From Cyanophora paradoxa CCMP329 (lineage: Eukaryota > Plantae > Glaucophyta): DNA of 64,000 bases. The position numbers and the translations under genes are program-made. Of this stretch, positions 62,606-64,000 are shown in pieces. A model generated the notes under the pieces. It was not told the DNA's origin. It worked only from the letters and a program-made list of their open reading frames with translations, and searched no databases. Where the stretch lies: the NCBI GenBank assembly GCA_004431415.1, contig QPMI01000005.1, positions 1 to 64,000 of the forward strand, written 5' to 3'. Numbering within the stretch: position 1 is the first letter of the stretch; each line of letters starts with the position of its first letter.

Positions 62606-64000
62606 ATGGCGGATCATAATCAACAAGGCGGCGCGGGCAGTGCGAACGTGATCGACTGGCAGGAAGCAGAAAAGATGGAGACATTCAAATTTAACCTTGA
62701 TTGGCCTCATGATGTGAAGTACTTCCGGATCACGAAGGTGCGCCTCGCAATGCATTGTTGCGATCAAATTGTTTGATTCAACAGCGCTGTTCGCAGGGGG
62801 CGGCGCTGTTAATTGGCTTCAGCAACAGCACAAAAACATTCTACTGGAGAGCGCCGAGTGCCAATGACCGGCGCAATGGAAGCTTGCCGCTTCGCGACGT
62901 GCATCGATCGAATCTAGTTGCCGAGAACCTGACTCTCAAGGCGTTTAGGTCCGGGCAAATCTTTGTTGCAGCATACTCTTCGAATTCGATTCTTTGGCTA
63001 ACCTTGATGCACGCTCGCAGGATCGTGAGCAAATTCGTGTTCGAAGCCATTCTCACGAACTGCTCCGCTGTGCGCATCGTCGTCGACTCCCAGTCATTCA
63101 AGCCAGTGATGAGCATCAATCCGAAACGTGATGAGCGTGCGGAGGTCACTTCTGTTGTCCCGCTGGACAAAGTTCTGCCTTTCGGCTCCTGGGACGTTGG
63201 GGACTTCAAGGCGTTCGATGCCGCCAACCAGTCAGCCGTGTCGGCGGTGCGCCTGAGTCTGCTGATGCCGACAATCTTCTCTGATCTAATTCTGTGCTAA
63301 TTATAATATGCCTACAGCAAGCGGAGGTTTTCGCCTACAAGTCGCAAGAAGGTCACATCCACATGTTCGATAAGACTGGTGAGAAAAAGACGATCTCTGC
63401 GAGCGAACTCAAGCTCGAGCTCAAGGGTGAGATTATCGACCTCGCCGTCGTGAGTTTCATTTATTACGTGGCCACTCACCTTCATGTGGACGATCTAATA
63501 ATCCTTCCTTAGTCTGATTATGGCGACCTGGGTATTTTCACGGACGCGGGCAGGCTCTACACGTATGCGAAGTCCCAGGGGAGGGTTTCCCCCTCAGTAC
63601 TTTTCGATGCTTCCACGGAGTGCATGCAATTCTCGAAGGTGCACGTGAGCGGCTGGCCATAAATCTCTTCTTGCCTTGCGCCCCACACTCTCTCGCAGCG
63701 CAATGATGCTCTTGTGGCTGTATCGAAGACGGAGATGCGCTTCTTCCCGAAGAAGCGGGGGCACGACTTCGTGCTCCAGGGCCGCGACGTCGCCACGCTC
63801 CGATTCGAGCCGGGCCTTGACGGCAAGCTCCTGGGGCTGGCCGTCGCCCCTGTGAGTGCCTCCAGCTTAGCATTGAGTCGCTTTTAGTCCCATCTTACGA
63901 GCGACGCTTGCAGGACTTCTACTCCACGTGTGTTGTCCACTCGCGTGCAGCCGACAGCCCTCTGACCGTCGTTGTGTACCACCACGTCACTGATTCCAGC
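62606..64000 (+). CDS. hypothetical multi-exon protein, possibly beta-propeller-like; runs off the window
   Basis: MADHNQQGG..YFRITK|GAALLIGFS..; GEIIDLAV|SDYGDLGIFTDAGRLYTY; GKLLGLAVAP. Canonical splice sites join open exons. Confidence 0.65.

Overview
GC-rich, intron-dense genomic DNA from a eukaryote, apparently unicellular. It uses the standard genetic code and has many short introns, with GC-AG donors unusually frequent. An alga such as a glaucophyte would fit, but the taxon is not established from this window. Spliced genes were reconstructed by eye. Housekeeping genes: ADA2, squalene epoxidase, endosulfine, EFM4/METTL10, PAM18, NFS1, clathrin heavy chain, NDUFV2 and UBC7/UBE2G1. Other genes: a MORN-repeat protein, a CUE-F-box-LRR protein, an APP1-like phosphatase, a DnaJ-type zinc-finger protein and two orphans. 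The most notable content: (1) a modular TIR-domain receptor set, namely two paralogous LRR genes with hypervariable 69-bp LRR modules joined to two different TIR types (one disabled by in-frame stops), plus a predicted myristoylated SARM1-like TIR fused to a beta-helix; (2) an intron-containing BRO-N (viral/phage-type DNA-binding) domain apparently fused to a START lipid-binding domain; (3) a 141-bp tandem array made of consecutive hairpins; (4) a mosaic of captured gene fragments, including a near-identical piece of ADA2; (5) a small intronic insertion element, one copy of which is flanked by a 26-bp direct repeat. Exon boundaries and several start codons are manual inferences, and no database search was run.
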